In this document: positions 43,816-56,860 of the stretch, piece by piece | How positions within the stretch are numbered: the first letter of the stretch is position 1 | Layout: the number at the start of each line of letters is the position of its first letter | Assembly: GCF_009914755.1 (NCBI RefSeq) | Contig: NC_060928.1 | Source of the DNA: the human T2T-CHM13v2.0 reference genome, Homo sapiens | DNA length: 64,000 nucleotides | Direction: 5' to 3' (one strand) | The notes under the pieces: generated by a model | Told to the model about the DNA's origin: nothing | Database searches by the model: none | The model's input: the letters and a program-made list of their open reading frames with translations, nothing else | Position numbers and translations under genes: made by a program

Positions 43816-43871
43816 TCAGGCAACCAATTCAAGTTACATAGATACCATAGAGCCTACAGTAAACAATACAA

Positions 43872-44186
43872 AATAAATTGGACTGAAAGACTTGATGTCG
43901 GTGGTAGTAACTCACTTTAAAAAAACCTTTCTAAGCTCGAAATAAATTAAAAATAGAATAACACTTCAGCCATTTACTGGCACAGACTTTTCCTTTATAA
44001 AAATATAACTTGGAAGAGGGAAAATTCCATATTTTGTTATTAGCGAAATGAGGCAGTGCAGAGAAAATAAGTTATCAGTGAAAGAATTCAAGGCCTATTT
44101 CTTCTACTTAGGAAGAAAACCTGCTTTAAAATTAGTTAACAGAAGCCTTATTACATAAGCCCTAGATATACATCATTAAAAATAAA
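43872..44186 (+). terminator. Cluster of candidate AATAAA signals (43872, 43942, 44181)
   Basis: Canonical hexamers downstream of the 3' UTR LTR; the AT-rich context makes chance hits likely. Confidence 0.35.
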
Positions 44187-44859
44187 CAAAACATCTGTAA
44201 ATAGAACATTAAAATGAAAGAAAAAATTAAAACTTATCTAAACCCCTCTTTCTATTGATAATCGCTATTAATGTCTAGTATAAGCTTTGAGTTTTTGGAA
44301 AGCCTAACGCCCTTTAGCTCTCTGAAGCAGTTGGATATAAATGGGACATTGAACTAGTTTCACTGACTCATTAATGCAAAAACCATTAGGTCGTTGGCTT
44401 GAAAACATCGGTAGCAATTAGTTTCAGTTATTGAATACCTAGGAATTAATTGAGTTATATTACAAAATTAAATGTTTTAATCTCTTTCAAATTTAAACGC
44501 AAGACTTCCTTCTACAAATTAACCAGGGATTTAGATATCTATTCAGGTATATATCAAAAAAGGCGATTCCCATTTTCAAACATAGTCCCATAAAGGAATA
44601 TTTTATTAGTCAAGATTTTTTACATGCTGCCAAAAAGGTACAATATGTATTTTCATGTATTCTTGGGGCAAAGAAAACAGACTAAAATGTTCATTGTTTT
44701 CCTGATTACAATCGAACAAAAAAGTAAAGAAAATGAAAGTTGCTTCTTATCCTGTCATTAGAGATTACTATTATTAACATTTTTGGCATAATTTCTTCTA
44801 GTTTTTCTTTTTTTCTGGAAGAAAATATTTCTATTTCTATCGGTATAGATGTATCTAAG

Positions 44860-45410
44860 GACACTCACATATGTGTTCACCTGCATGCACACATGCTAAT
44901 ATGTATGTCCCATCACACACATCCCTGCCACACACCTCTCACAAATGCACCCTCAAACACACAGGCCTACCCTTTATCAGCACTGTTTCGGGTCCACTTG
45001 TGCACCTCACATATGCTGTCACAAACACACCCCTCCTGCACACCCAGCTCCCAACTCTCTCACAGAAACACACCTATTCACATACATAAATACATGTGCA
45101 CACACACACACCCCTCACACACATATAGTTTCAGATCCACTTGTACACTCTCACAAATGTCCTCGTTCACATATACCCCACCTCCACATTTCATATACGC
45201 ATACACTCATTAATATGCCTCCCCCACAGACACATGCACACACACACACGACATCTCACTTTACCGTTACCACTTCACCTGCACATATACAATCTCATTA
45301 AAACACTCCCTGTCATAACCCTCCCGTCTTTCTTTCTCTCTCTCACACATACACTCACATACATTCACTCACAGCCACATATACACACCTCTTCACAACA
45401 CAGATACATT
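44860..45410. repeat. Degenerate CA-rich low-complexity repeat
   Basis: Many cacaca/cacata units; explains the overlapping His/Thr-rich ORFs. Confidence 0.85.
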
Positions 45411-45629
45411 TTTCCCCCAGAATTAAAACAAATACTGCACATATTGTTGTTACAGTAAAGCAATAAAAAGGTACATAGAGAAAACAATTGATCATCCCTG
45501 CAGCATCTCCTCTCTTAAGATAATCCAGGAAATCAATCCCATGTGTAATCTGTGCCACTTGGATTGAGACCTGCCCCTGAACACCCTCAGTATTGATAGA
45601 CACACCCATACCTTTGCATACCCATTTCT

Positions 45630-46030
45630 CTGTCTGGTGAGCCAACCTGTATGGACCACATCAGAGATGCCTTGTTCGCTTTTGCTAATGCAAAGCCCCA
45701 GCAGAAGACAGACAGGAGGAAGGAGAGTGAATTATACCATTCCCCTTTTCCTCCCTGTGCTCATCTTGGCCTGGCTGTGTCCCTGGCCTGCAACCACTGC
45801 TCCTCTCAAGAAGGCCACCTCTAGCCAACTCTCTCCTGTGCTTTGGTAACTGGTCTTCTTCTTGTCTCTTCAAGTCTAAGGGTGGTAATAGCTCTCTTGT
45901 TGTTTGGAGTAACTGTGTTATTCCTTGCAGTTCCCCTACATCCTGCTCTCCCCTTTTTAAAATAAAGCCTCCTTTTATTATTCTAATTTGAGTATATCAC
46001 TATATTTCTCATTGAGACCCTGATTGATAC
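45630..46030 (+). mobile_element. ERVL LTR (LTR33-like)
   Basis: ctaagggtggtaatagctc...aataaa...ctaatttgagt...gaccctgattgatac terminus. Confidence 0.55.
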
Positions 46031-46209
46031 CTCTCTGCACACCTTTCTTATGCTCCTAGCAACGTATACATGTATTTTATTTCCCAGAATGGGAGTCATA
46101 TATTATATATACAGTTTTTAAAATTACTGTCTTATTAAATTATGAGTTTTTAATGTCTTCGAATGTTTTAATGACTGTATAATATCCTATTTCATAACCA
46201 TAGCACAAT

Positions 46210-46430
46210 TAATTTTAGTATAATCAATTTCTGAAATTGGTTAAAATGAAATTTTGCAGTATATATTCTTTTATGTTTGACTTTTTATTCAACTTTATGT
46301 TGCTGAAATTCATCCATTTTGCTGTGTGTGGCAATGGTTCATTCTCATTAATGTATAATATTCTATTATATGCATATATTAAAATTTTCATATCAATTAG
46401 ACTGTAGTCCCAATATATACCTAAGAGCAA
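46210..46430 (-). mobile_element. Old L1M 3' fragment
   Basis: tgctgaaattcatccattttgctgtgtgtggcaatggttcattc; ORF 46224..46430(-) contains HTAKWMNFSNIKLNKK, which is L1-like. Confidence 0.6.
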
Positions 46431-46820
46431 AGTGATAGTTTACCATAGTTCATTTAACCGTGTTCTATATTCAGGACCATTTAGCAATTAAACTTTGAAC
46501 ATCATTATTCATGTGTTTATTTCATATCATGGAAGCGCAAGAATGCACTACCATTTAGAATCTATACATTTTTAATAACACCAATTTCACTATTGAAAAA
46601 ACCATTACAGTCACCATTTTGCTAATTATTAAGCATCAAATTTTATAAATAAAATCTTGTAACATTTATTATTTGAATTACCAAAACCTATGTCCATAGT
46701 CATCTTGATTAGATACTTACAGCATCTGGAGTGTAAATTCTTGATTACAGCAATTGACTATCACTAAAATGTAGCTTAAATGAACACATACATATTTCCT
46801 TGTATATTCTGAAGTATTTT

Positions 46821-47138
46821 ATTATTATTAATTAATTAATTAATTAATTAATTTTTTTCACACAGGGTTTCACTCTGTTGCCCAGACTGGAGCTCAGTGG
46901 CATGATGTCACGGCTCACTGTAGCTTTGGCCTCCCAGGCTCAAGTGATCCTCCCACTTCAGCCTTCTAAATAGCTGGGAATACAGGTGCAGGCCTTTACA
47001 CCTGGCTAATTTTTGTATTTTTTATAGAGATGGAGTTTCACCATGTTGCCCAGGCTAGTCTCGAACTCGTCGGCTCAAGCAATCCACCTTCCTTGGCCTC
47101 TCAGAGTTCTGGGATTACAGGCATTACCATGCCTCACC
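46821..47138 (-). mobile_element. AluJ with an (ATTA)n tail
   Basis: cagggtttcactctgttgcccagactggag...ggctcaagtgatcctcccac; ttctgaagtatttt occurs on both flanks as a TSD. Confidence 0.9.
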
Positions 47139-48599
47139 CTTCTGAAGTATTTTAGACTAAAATAGAAATACCTTAACAAATGAGGTAGGTAGGCTTTGAG
47201 CACATTATAATCTAATTTTCAAAATAGCTAAATCTTTTGGATAAAGTTTTGTTTTTCTAATCCAGTGTTTCTTAATGAGATGTTATTGGCATTGTGAAAG
47301 AAATCCGTTTTCAAAAAATTAACATGCACTGGCTCATAAATTGCAGACCATTCAGCATCCCTGACCTTGTCCACCAAATGAACAAAATGCCTCTCCATCC
47401 TAGTGAATGTGACAAGCCAAATATCTTACACATTGTTCTGGTTATGAGGGTTAGGGGTGAAAGAGTGGGTGTTGAGGACCATGTTTTAATCAGCTTTTGG
47501 TTGAAGTAGGGCATGAAAGAAAGGGGAAGAACATCTAACGGAAATTTAGAACATTATAAGCAAACCAGGGCTTTGCCTAAACTGTTCAACTGCTACCAGT
47601 ATTTGCAAGAAATGTCAACTGCTGTCTGATGGCTTTTTCAGAAATGTTCTCAATGAGAAGTCCAAAACTGTGCTATAGAATAAGAAGTTTATCTAAGGTA
47701 CAAAGTCAGCCTTTCTGAAGTCAGAAGAACAGGGAAATATTGAGTAAGGTCAAAATTGTGGCTGACACAGGCCAGGGGATTCCCTCTTAGCTTAACTAAG
47801 CATGACTTCTGTGATCTAACCTCACCAGAATGCCCCGTACTGCCTACACATTTTGACAGATGTCACAACGAGTCCTCAATTCCCTCCGCCTCTCCCAGGA
47901 CTCCTCTGCTAGCATTCTCTCCCCACTACCTCTCGACATTGATTACCTAACATAGTAAATAATTTACTTACTAGTTATCATTTTTATTTACTTTCTGCAA
48001 ATAAACACCTGATTTAATTTCCAGGGTGCTTGTCTCTTTTTTTAATTGATATATTCCTATTACTTAGAACTCTGTCTGGCACTCAGTGAATGTTTCTGTT
48101 TTGTTTTCCTTACTTTACAAGCGAGAAAACTCTTTCTGAGTTACAGCAGTAGAACCTGGATTAGAAGCCAGATGATTATATTTTCAAAGTCCTTTTTCTT
48201 TTACTTCCACCTTTCTACCCCTTTCCCTACACCCAACTCCCCACCATTTCTCTCTCTTCCATAATGTCTGATAATATTTTTTCAGTCTCTGAATACCCCG
48301 GACTGGATTAATTGTCTGTGGAACTCTATTTTAAATCCAGCTATAACATTTCTATACACTGTTGTAATTGCCTATTTATTTGTGCTTTTCTCCAACCAGT
48401 TTGTAAGTTTCTTGAGAGCTGAGGATTGAGTAGTGTTCATCAGTGAATTTTCAGTTCCCTGCACAGAACCCAGCACATAGTAGGCACTCAATACATCTTC
48501 ACTGAATTAATTCATGAATAACATCTACACACTGACATGTTATTGGGATCCTCTTTTTGTGCCCTATATTTCTTATTGGAAGCAACTTTGTGGGGATAG

Positions 48600-49255
48600 T
48601 TGCCATGTCTGAGAAGGTAAAAAAATTAGCTCAGACTGTAAAAATCTGGCCCACCATTCATCAAGCTGGAATAACAGACACTGATGAAGCCACCTGCAAA
48701 GTTAACAGGAATCAGTGTTTCCTCCAAGCACATATTGCAGCTATAATATGTCCCCTTCTTTGAGTGACTGCTGCTTTCTTATACACTGAGACATTTTTGT
48801 TCTCCCAAATCATGGATTATCAGAAACCTTACTGCCTGAAATCATATCTGTGAGAAAGACGTATTCTTTTCTTGCCGGGAAGATCTAAGTCATTTTGACA
48901 CAGAAAAGCATTCTTGATTTCTACCCAGTTGCAGAGCTTCAGATAAAGGGTTTCTGGATACAACACTGCATATCTATCTCAACATTCCTGTTTGCCAAGG
49001 AAGGAAAACTCTGGGTCCACTTTGCATTGCAGACCTGATGTTGACCCCTTTATACACAGCTCTGCTTTGCTTTCAGCCTATCAAAACACTAGCGTCCACC
49101 CTCCTCCTGTGTACTCAAATAACTCCATCTTTGCTTTTGTTTACCGAGGCACTCACAGTTCCTCTGTGTGCAAGCCCTTCATGGCAATGAATTAAGAAAT
49201 CTAACTTTGTGGAATTTCAGGTGTGTCCCTGGTTGTCTTAGCCTGATGGGGACAC
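48600..49255 (+). mobile_element. MER77/MER21-group LTR
   Basis: ccccttctttgagtgactgctgctttctta...aagcccttcatggcaatgaat...caggtgtgtccctggttgtctt. Confidence 0.5.
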
Positions 49256-51989
49256 TCCTGTGACCTTTCTGTTTTCCAGCCCAGTGTTTCTCAAATCAGC
49301 AGCGTATTAGAATTTGTAGGAGATTCCTGGAGCCTTTCTGAGAAATTCTGATTGAATTAGTCAGAGGCGTGTTCTGGGAATCAGAATTACAAAGTTCCCC
49401 AGTTGATTCTAATTTGTAGGCAAGGTGATATATGCCAAACTGACCCAGGATACAGGATACCCTGGAGTGGATATTCAAATTCAGTTTCACAGGACCAAAA
49501 CAACCTTCTAACTCAAAATCTTTGGCTATGTACCTGAGTATTCTGTAAGGTTAATGAAGACCTCAAGTCACACTCTCACCATGGAAGATTAAAGACATTG
49601 CCTATCATATTCCACTTCTTGTCCAAAACACTTTCTCAATTTTTATTTTTACTTTTCATGATTACTACTGAACCAAGGGTAACATAGGAGGGAAAAAAAG
49701 GAAACAGTGCAAGCTCTGTCCTATGCTGAATATCCATTTTTTCCTCTTAGAGTCCTCATTTGAGATGATTTATCTGTTCACAAGAATAAGCAGGGTGGAG
49801 TGGGGAGCCGAGGAGCTGAGGCACGGAATTGGACTGGTTGGGAAGGAGGAACACTTGGCTTAATCCCCCATCAACAGCAGAACTCAAATTTAAAATTGTA
49901 GTTAATGAGAAGAGCCCACCACTATCACAAAGATTAACTGACTTCCCTGGAAGCTGCTCGGTGTGCACCTTTAAACCTGGTTCTATGAATACATGTCACC
50001 TCCATCTATAAACTTTGAATTAATATTTTTGACCTTTTCTCTCTATTTAAAGGATAAAATTATATTCCACTGCATTTGTACATGCTAAAAAATTTAAAAT
50101 ACACCGCAATATATTCTATCTTTATTAGACTTATTTTTGGTAATTTTTACATATGCCAAGAGCCTCAGAAATTTGAACTGATCCAAGCCTCACTCCACCT
50201 GAAAGGCCCTGTTTATGCCAGTCAGCCTGAAACTCTTCTTTAGAAATAGTCACTGCAAATGCCTAGATGCCACCACGAGGGGGCCTCTGTGTCACAGATA
50301 AAATTAAGGAAATGTTCAAGACCTCACAAATTCCTTTATGTAGTGAAAGACCTGCTCTGCAGGATACTTTTTTTTTTTTTTTAATTATGAAGTTATTGTA
50401 GAATTAGAGGGAATAATTTCACCTATGGCCAATATACTGTCAATGCAATAGTACATTATTTTGTGGCTAATGTAGTGTTCTAATGTTCTGAAATGTCTAA
50501 TTTCCATTCACTGTGAAGAAACAAAGTACTATCTACAAGAACTGGTGCATTATAGAGGTCTTTACATTACAGTGTATCTTCTGTTTCCTTAATCAAAGCA
50601 ACTGTAATGATGACATATATTATTGATCATTAGAACTGACTGTAATTTCTCTGAATTACTGGGAAATGGAAACTGAAAATATAAACTATGGATAGTACTA
50701 TGAAATAAATGTACTTTTGATTAAATTCACTCTCCAATAAATGCTACTGACTGACATTCTAAAGAATTACCTTCTTGATTTTGAAATGTTCTGAACAAGG
50801 GTGCTTCTGTGGTTTGTTGGTTTACAAAAAGTGGCTAGCATACATTAAAAGTGAATATCTAAATTAGGATGATTTTTAAACAAATAATTGGGTGATATTT
50901 TCCAGAATATTTTTAGTTATAATTTTAAAGTAATGTATTTTGTGAGATAAATTCTAAACAAAGCTGAATATTATGACTCCTTCCACATTACATCTCTAAG
51001 CACATAAACCAACAATGTGGTGTCAGTAAAACAGCCCCTGAACATAAAGCAAAAATGAGCAGCATAATTGAAAACCATTAACTATATAAGGATGAGCACT
51101 AAAATGAGACTGATTGTATTAAAATATTTGCTGCTTTTCTGTGGGGGAATTATGCATTCTGCCCCATGGATGTTATGCTTGGTGATATGATTTAGAGTAC
51201 CCATGAAATATGAATGCCATATTTAAGCAGAAGCTTTAAGAGCCATGGGGTGGTTCCACCATGTTCCTTTCCTCTCTGCCTTGAGAGGATCAGTGGTTTA
51301 GGGAGGGGTGTTTCATTGGCCTAGGTCCTGAAGCATGGGAGAGATCCATAGCCTACTTGTGATAAGCAGCATGCAAATATGTAAAAATGCATTTTTTTTA
51401 TTGTTGTAAACCCCTATTATCCTGACCGATACAACTAATTTACTAAGCATAAGGAAGAAAACACTGTATGGCTATTAAAGATATCTGACTTCAATGTTGA
51501 TCAAAGAAGTAGCAGAACCAGTAGCCCTACAAGCAAGGGAAAGAGAAGGAAAATGCAAAGATTGAAATTATTGTTGGTGTTAGCAGCAGACTGCTGCAGC
51601 AAACCAGAGACATTAGAAGTCCTTATAAAAGTGGTAAGCCACTTTTATGCCACTGTAGAAAGATTAATACTAGGTGCCAATTTATTGAATATTAACTATG
51701 TGCCAAGATCTTTTTGTGTATAATCTCACTTTATTCTGATAAGCATCCTTCAGTTCAGCGCTATTATTTTTCTTTCTCAATGATGAAACAGGCTTTGAAA
51801 TGTTAAGTTCATTCATTTACATATTCCTTGTTCATTTGTTCACTTTTTCACTCATAATTCAATCAACAAATATTTCTTAAGCACCTATTATAAATAAATC
51901 AGGTGGCAAAGTTAGGTTTTTAACCCCTCCCTTTCTGATTTCAAAGTCCATGTCTTCTCCATTGCATGGAATTCTATAGCATACAGAAT

Positions 51990-52735
51990 TGTAGGATGAC
52001 TCTCCCAGATTTACCATCCTCTTGTCATATACACTCAATAATTCCCCACATTATGAATTGAAATGGATTTAACTCATAGGATTTGGTAATGTTATATGGA
52101 ATTAGGAAAGTATTCAGCTGGGCCTGACCTAGTCACCTGAGCCCTTTTTTGACTGGTCTCAGCAGGGGAAGTCAAAAGCAGCATGAATGAAATTCCAGTT
52201 GAAGAAGGTTCTCCATTCCTGAAGTAGAAGGGGCCACCTGGTGAAGCTCCAAGTGTAGCCTCTATTTTTTTCTTAATTCAAAAAAATTTTTTGTAGTGAT
52301 GGACTCTTTCTATGTTGCTTTTGCTCAGTCTGGTCTTGAACTCCTGGCCTCAAGTAACGCTCCCACCTCAACCTCCCAAAGTGCTGGGTTTACAGGTGTC
52401 AGCCACTCCACCCCTCCCAAAGATAGCCTCAAGAAGAAGAGAGAAATCCTCACTGACAGCTAGCAATACCATAGGGACATCAGTCCTACAATAACAAGGA
52501 AATGAATTTTGACAACAACCTGATGGAGCTTGGATGTGTATCTTTCCCTAGCCACAGCTCCAGATGGGGACACAGCCATCTGCACCTTGAGTTCACCCTT
52601 CTGAGATGGACCCTGATCAAAGGACTAGCTAGAATGTGCTAGACTCCAACTATAGAAACAGTAAGGATATAAATAGGTGCTATTTCAAGTCACTACGTAT
52701 GTGATAACCGGCTACAAAACAATAGAAAACTAATG
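51990..52735 (+). mobile_element. MLT1 (E/F-like) LTR interrupted by an antisense Alu monomer (about 52265-52417)
   Basis: gggacatcagtcctacaataacaaggaaatgaattttgacaacaacctga...ttcaagtcacta...caatagaaaactaat; the Alu part reads ctggtcttgaactcctggcctcaag. Confidence 0.75.
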
Positions 52736-54103
52736 CCCTCTTAGACTGATAACTTTAAGTCATTAATACAAATATTAATTATATTTAGAATTATCTGCAT
52801 AGAAGGTAGGAAAGTAGAGTTCAGAAATATGCTTGATCAGTAAAGAGTAAGCCAAAAAAAATGATGAGAAATAATTTTACTGTAAGATTGCTAAGTTGCC
52901 TTCTAAATTGTAGAGCTTGTGATTTTATTTTCTGATTTGATGACCTCTCAAGTCCCTTTTTAAAGTAATCGTATGAATTTTATTATTTCACCATATGCAC
53001 TAATTGAGATTTTTGTTGAATCTGGGTGAAGGTTTCTGAATTGTTGTGGTCCACCCATATTATACAACTTTGAACAAGAAATACTTTCCGGAGCCATGAG
53101 TCATTTAATTTAAATATTTCCCTATTTGAAACTTTGGCATGGCTGCACAATTCTCTGTAGCAGTTAGACTAGCATTCTTAATTCTTTTATTTATGTGGAC
53201 TCAGAAGCCCATTCAAAAGATTTCCCCATGGTGACAGTATGAACAAGTATAAGGGGACTTTCATTTCTATAGTCTTTTATTTATATGCACATATTTCCTA
53301 CAATAACCTTGAACTCTCCCCAGTATTTTTTTCTCTGTTGTTATTTATGTAGCATAGGTTAAATATTCATTGAGCATTGAATTTTGGGGGGCAAGTTCCA
53401 AGATTTTTGTGTAAGATTATTTTTTATTTAACCTTAGTATTCTTCTGTAGCAAAAACTTCATGAATAGTTTTAATTTTTCCTATACATAAAATGTATCTA
53501 TAATAAAATGTCACTTAGCTAAACTACATGGAAAATAAATGACTTTAGTTTTTAGGGAATTTCTTTCCAATTTCAAGGTCTATGGTAAATATTACTTGGT
53601 ATTATTAGAGGGCTTAGGACAACATTCTATAAGAGAGCGTAAACAACATGGTCTTGAAAGTTTACTGAGTTTACAAATAGAAAAATAGGGCACAGCAGCA
53701 GCAAATTGTTCATCTAACCTACAGCTCTATGAAATGAAGTCTTGAAATGAGAAATTATTCTCAGATCCATTCCTCAGCAATGAATCTCCTAGTGTTTCCC
53801 TTGAAGTGTGCTCCATTATTCATTGGTATTTACAATTAGAATGCCTTATTTCCAGATCTGATTTTCTTTCTTTTTTTTTTTCATTTTAACTTGTTACATT
53901 GAATTATATGTCTTCATTCAAGAAAACAATCCTACTTTCTCTTTGTTTAGTAACATTGTTTCAATTGATGTCTTAAATTGCGTTTATAGAAGCAATGACT
54001 TGGCTTGGCTTGGCTTGGTTTGGCTTGGGGTTTCCAATGTTTTGCACAGCATGTAAACAACTTAGACTGCCACTCCAATCCTAATCATTTAATGGAATGT
54101 GAT

Positions 54104-54414
54104 CTCTCTCTCTCTCTCTTTTTTTTTCTTTTTTGAGACAGGGTCTCGCTCTGTCAACCAGGCTGGAGTGCAATAGCGTGATCTTGGCTCACTGCAACCT
54201 CTGCCTTCCAGATTCAAGCGATTCTTCTGAGTAGCTGGGATTACAGGCACCCGTCACCACACCCAGCTGTTTTGTGTGTGTGTGTATGTGTGTGTGTGCA
54301 TGTGTGCTTTTAGTAGAGACGGGGTTTTGCTGTGTTGGCCAGGCTGGTCTCAATCTACCCACCTCGGCCTCCCCAAAGCGCTGGGACTACAGGCGTGAGC
54401 CACCACACCTGGCC
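54104..54414 (-). mobile_element. AluS with small deletions and a (TG)n linker
   Basis: Dimeric Alu; TSD gaatgtgat on both sides; a short (TTGGC)n repeat lies just upstream at about 54000-54027. Confidence 0.9.
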
Positions 54415-55114
54415 AGAATGTGATATATCTAAAGGAGTTATTTATCTAGTTTATAAAATCTTGGAAAGAAACAATCTATCTTCTGGAGGAGACTCTGAGG
54501 TCTGAGCATATAAAATTGTACAGGCTGTGAAGTTACTGCCCTATGACATATAAGAGAGCATCATTATTAGATTATGGGTTAGAGGTCCCGAGTTCCTAGT
54601 TCAGGCTCTGGAACTAATTTTCTGATGACTTTTGGAAAGTTCCTACATATTTGCTTCAAAAATCTTTTTCTAGTTACAGATAAAAGAGTTGGAAATATTT
54701 AAGATAGCAAATATACTGCTTGAGGGTTGTTACTTTCCGCCATCTCCACATTCATCTATATAGATAGTTAAACCTGACCCTATTCATTCATTCATTTATT
54801 AAAACTTGACCAAAACCCTCATTCTTAAACTTTGTAGTTTTCAACACACGTATGAACATAATTGAATTGTCATTTAACGTGAATATTACTCCCAGAGCAG
54901 ATGGTCTCCAAGCCCTCTTCTATTTTCCTAGTATTCTGTGATCTTGCATGGATCCTTCTGTGCAAGAAATTTTGCATAACCTCTAAAAGGGATCCCTTTT
55001 GCTTCAGTTCTTGACTATGTGCCTTGGTTGACTGCCTTTTCCTTAATGCAGGACACACTTTGCTCATGAGTACAGTTAATGAACTATTAGAACATTAGTG
55101 CCCACACATTCGTG

Positions 55115-55265
55115 TGCATCAGCATCTGGAGAAACACAGATTTCTGGACCCCACTTCAGTTGTTGATCCAGGAGGTCTGGAGTGAGACCCTTGAATTTGC
55201 AATTCCAACAAATTTCTTGGTGATTGTGATGCTGCTGCTCCAAGGATAACATTTTCAGAAACATT
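55115..55265. mobile_element. MER5A-like MITE
   Basis: cagatttctggaccccac...gaggtctggagtgagacccttgaatttgcaattccaacaa...gtgatgctgctgctcc. Confidence 0.7.
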
Positions 55266-56060
55266 TCTGTCTAAAACATTACTGAACCTAGAGTTAGTAG
55301 ATCTCCAATCATCTATGGATAGATTTCAGGGAGAGTATAAAAAAGAAAAAGATGGTTTAAACAATTGCATTTATATTTTACTAAACTACTATGAATGTAG
55401 GCAACAAACCACAGAAATATTAGTTGTACCTGACTTTGTCCCAATATAAATAAGACATATTTTCATATCATCCTACAATGGTTTCAGATATCTTGAAATA
55501 TGGTTTATGCACATCACCACTCTGACATAATATTGGCTATTTATCTGTCACTAGATTTGATTATGAGTTATTAAAAAGGCCATTTCTTATTATGTCTCAA
55601 TAAAACATGTTAGTAACTTATTTTAATATAAATTTTTCTTTTTAATTTTATGCATTTTATTTTTAACACTGAAAATAGTATTCTGAATAGAATTTATAGG
55701 CTTCATCAATTTGTTAGAAGGGTTCATGGCGGGAGACATAAACTCTCTTTCTAAATGATGAGAATAATAAAGATGTTAAGGCCAAGTCATGTGCCATACA
55801 CCAGGACCTTCGTGGTTATGCTCACACCATCAGAAAACCTGGCAGCCACAGAACTGGAGGTGCTGGGTGATGTCTCTCTCCTGTCGCCTTCCCATCTGAG
55901 CAGGTAAATATCAAGCTACATGGTTGGACAAATAAAACTATATGTTTGGTTTTGTTTACAATTTTCATGATGAAACTCTACATGCCATTTTTGCTATTCC
56001 AGATGATGCTTATAGTAAGATGCCTCTGATGTTTCTTTAAGTTTGATTATCACTCAGAGT

Positions 56061-56860
56061 AGCAGCTCTCAAAACATGGTGGCAGTGGTGAGGTCTCTGC
56101 AACCTTTTCATGGAATCTCAAAAGACAAGGTAAGGGCATTTTATGGTGCTACTAAGATGTTATTTGCCCTTTTCTTTTACATTTTTATTAGTAGACAGTG
56201 GAGTTTTGCAGAGGCTACGTGATGTGTGATGATTGAATGAAAAAGAAGATATGAGACTTCAGCTGAGTTGTATTAAACCAGATGTTAAAGAAATTTGCAA
56301 AAATTTAAACAATGTCACTTTTTTCATTTTTATTTGTTTTGGAAAATATAGTTATTTTAGTGAAAATGTTATTTATGTTAACATATAATGGGTTTAATAT
56401 AGTTGTTATTTATAAATGAATTAATCAATAAAAATACCAAGAGTTTCTGTTTTGGCCACATGCAGTGGCTCACACCTGTAATCCCAGCACATCGGGAGAT
56501 TGAGGAAGGCAGATCACTTGAGGTCAGGAGTTCATGACCAGCCTGACCAACATGGTGAAACCCCACCTCTACTAAAAATACAAAAATTAGCCAGGTATGT
56601 TAGTGGACACCTGTAATCCCAGCTACTTGGGAGGCTGAGGCAGGAGAATCACTTGAATCTGGGAGGCAGAGGTTTCAATGAATTGAGATCGCACCATGGC
56701 ACTCCAGCCTAGGTGACACAGTGAGACTCTGTCTCAAAAAAATAGAATTTCTGTTTTAATTAAAAACATGGAAAGTATAGTTAGATACAACCAACAGGAA
56801 CAGGAGCACTTCAAAGTCTTTAGTTTTCAAGAGTTACGCTCTTCACAAGGGGTTTTGAAT
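56061..56860. mobile_element. hAT-Charlie1-like DNA transposon fragment split by an Alu
   Basis: cagtggagttttgcagaggctacgtgatgtgtgat...attaaaccagatgttaaagaaatttgcaaaaa. Confidence 0.65.
56454..56742 (+). mobile_element. AluS, full length
   Basis: Dimeric Alu; TSD agagtttctgttt/agaatttctgttt. Confidence 0.93.

Larger units (their letters stand above)
42818..44200 (+). other. DTHD1: DTHD1 3' UTR (end uncertain)
   Basis: Follows the stop codon; several candidate poly(A) hexamers downstream; the true cleavage site cannot be determined from sequence alone. Confidence 0.55.

Noticed and set aside
44740-45458. Four overlapping His/Thr-rich ORFs of up to 157 aa
   Set aside because: They are products of a CA-rich low-complexity repeat that lacks stop codons.
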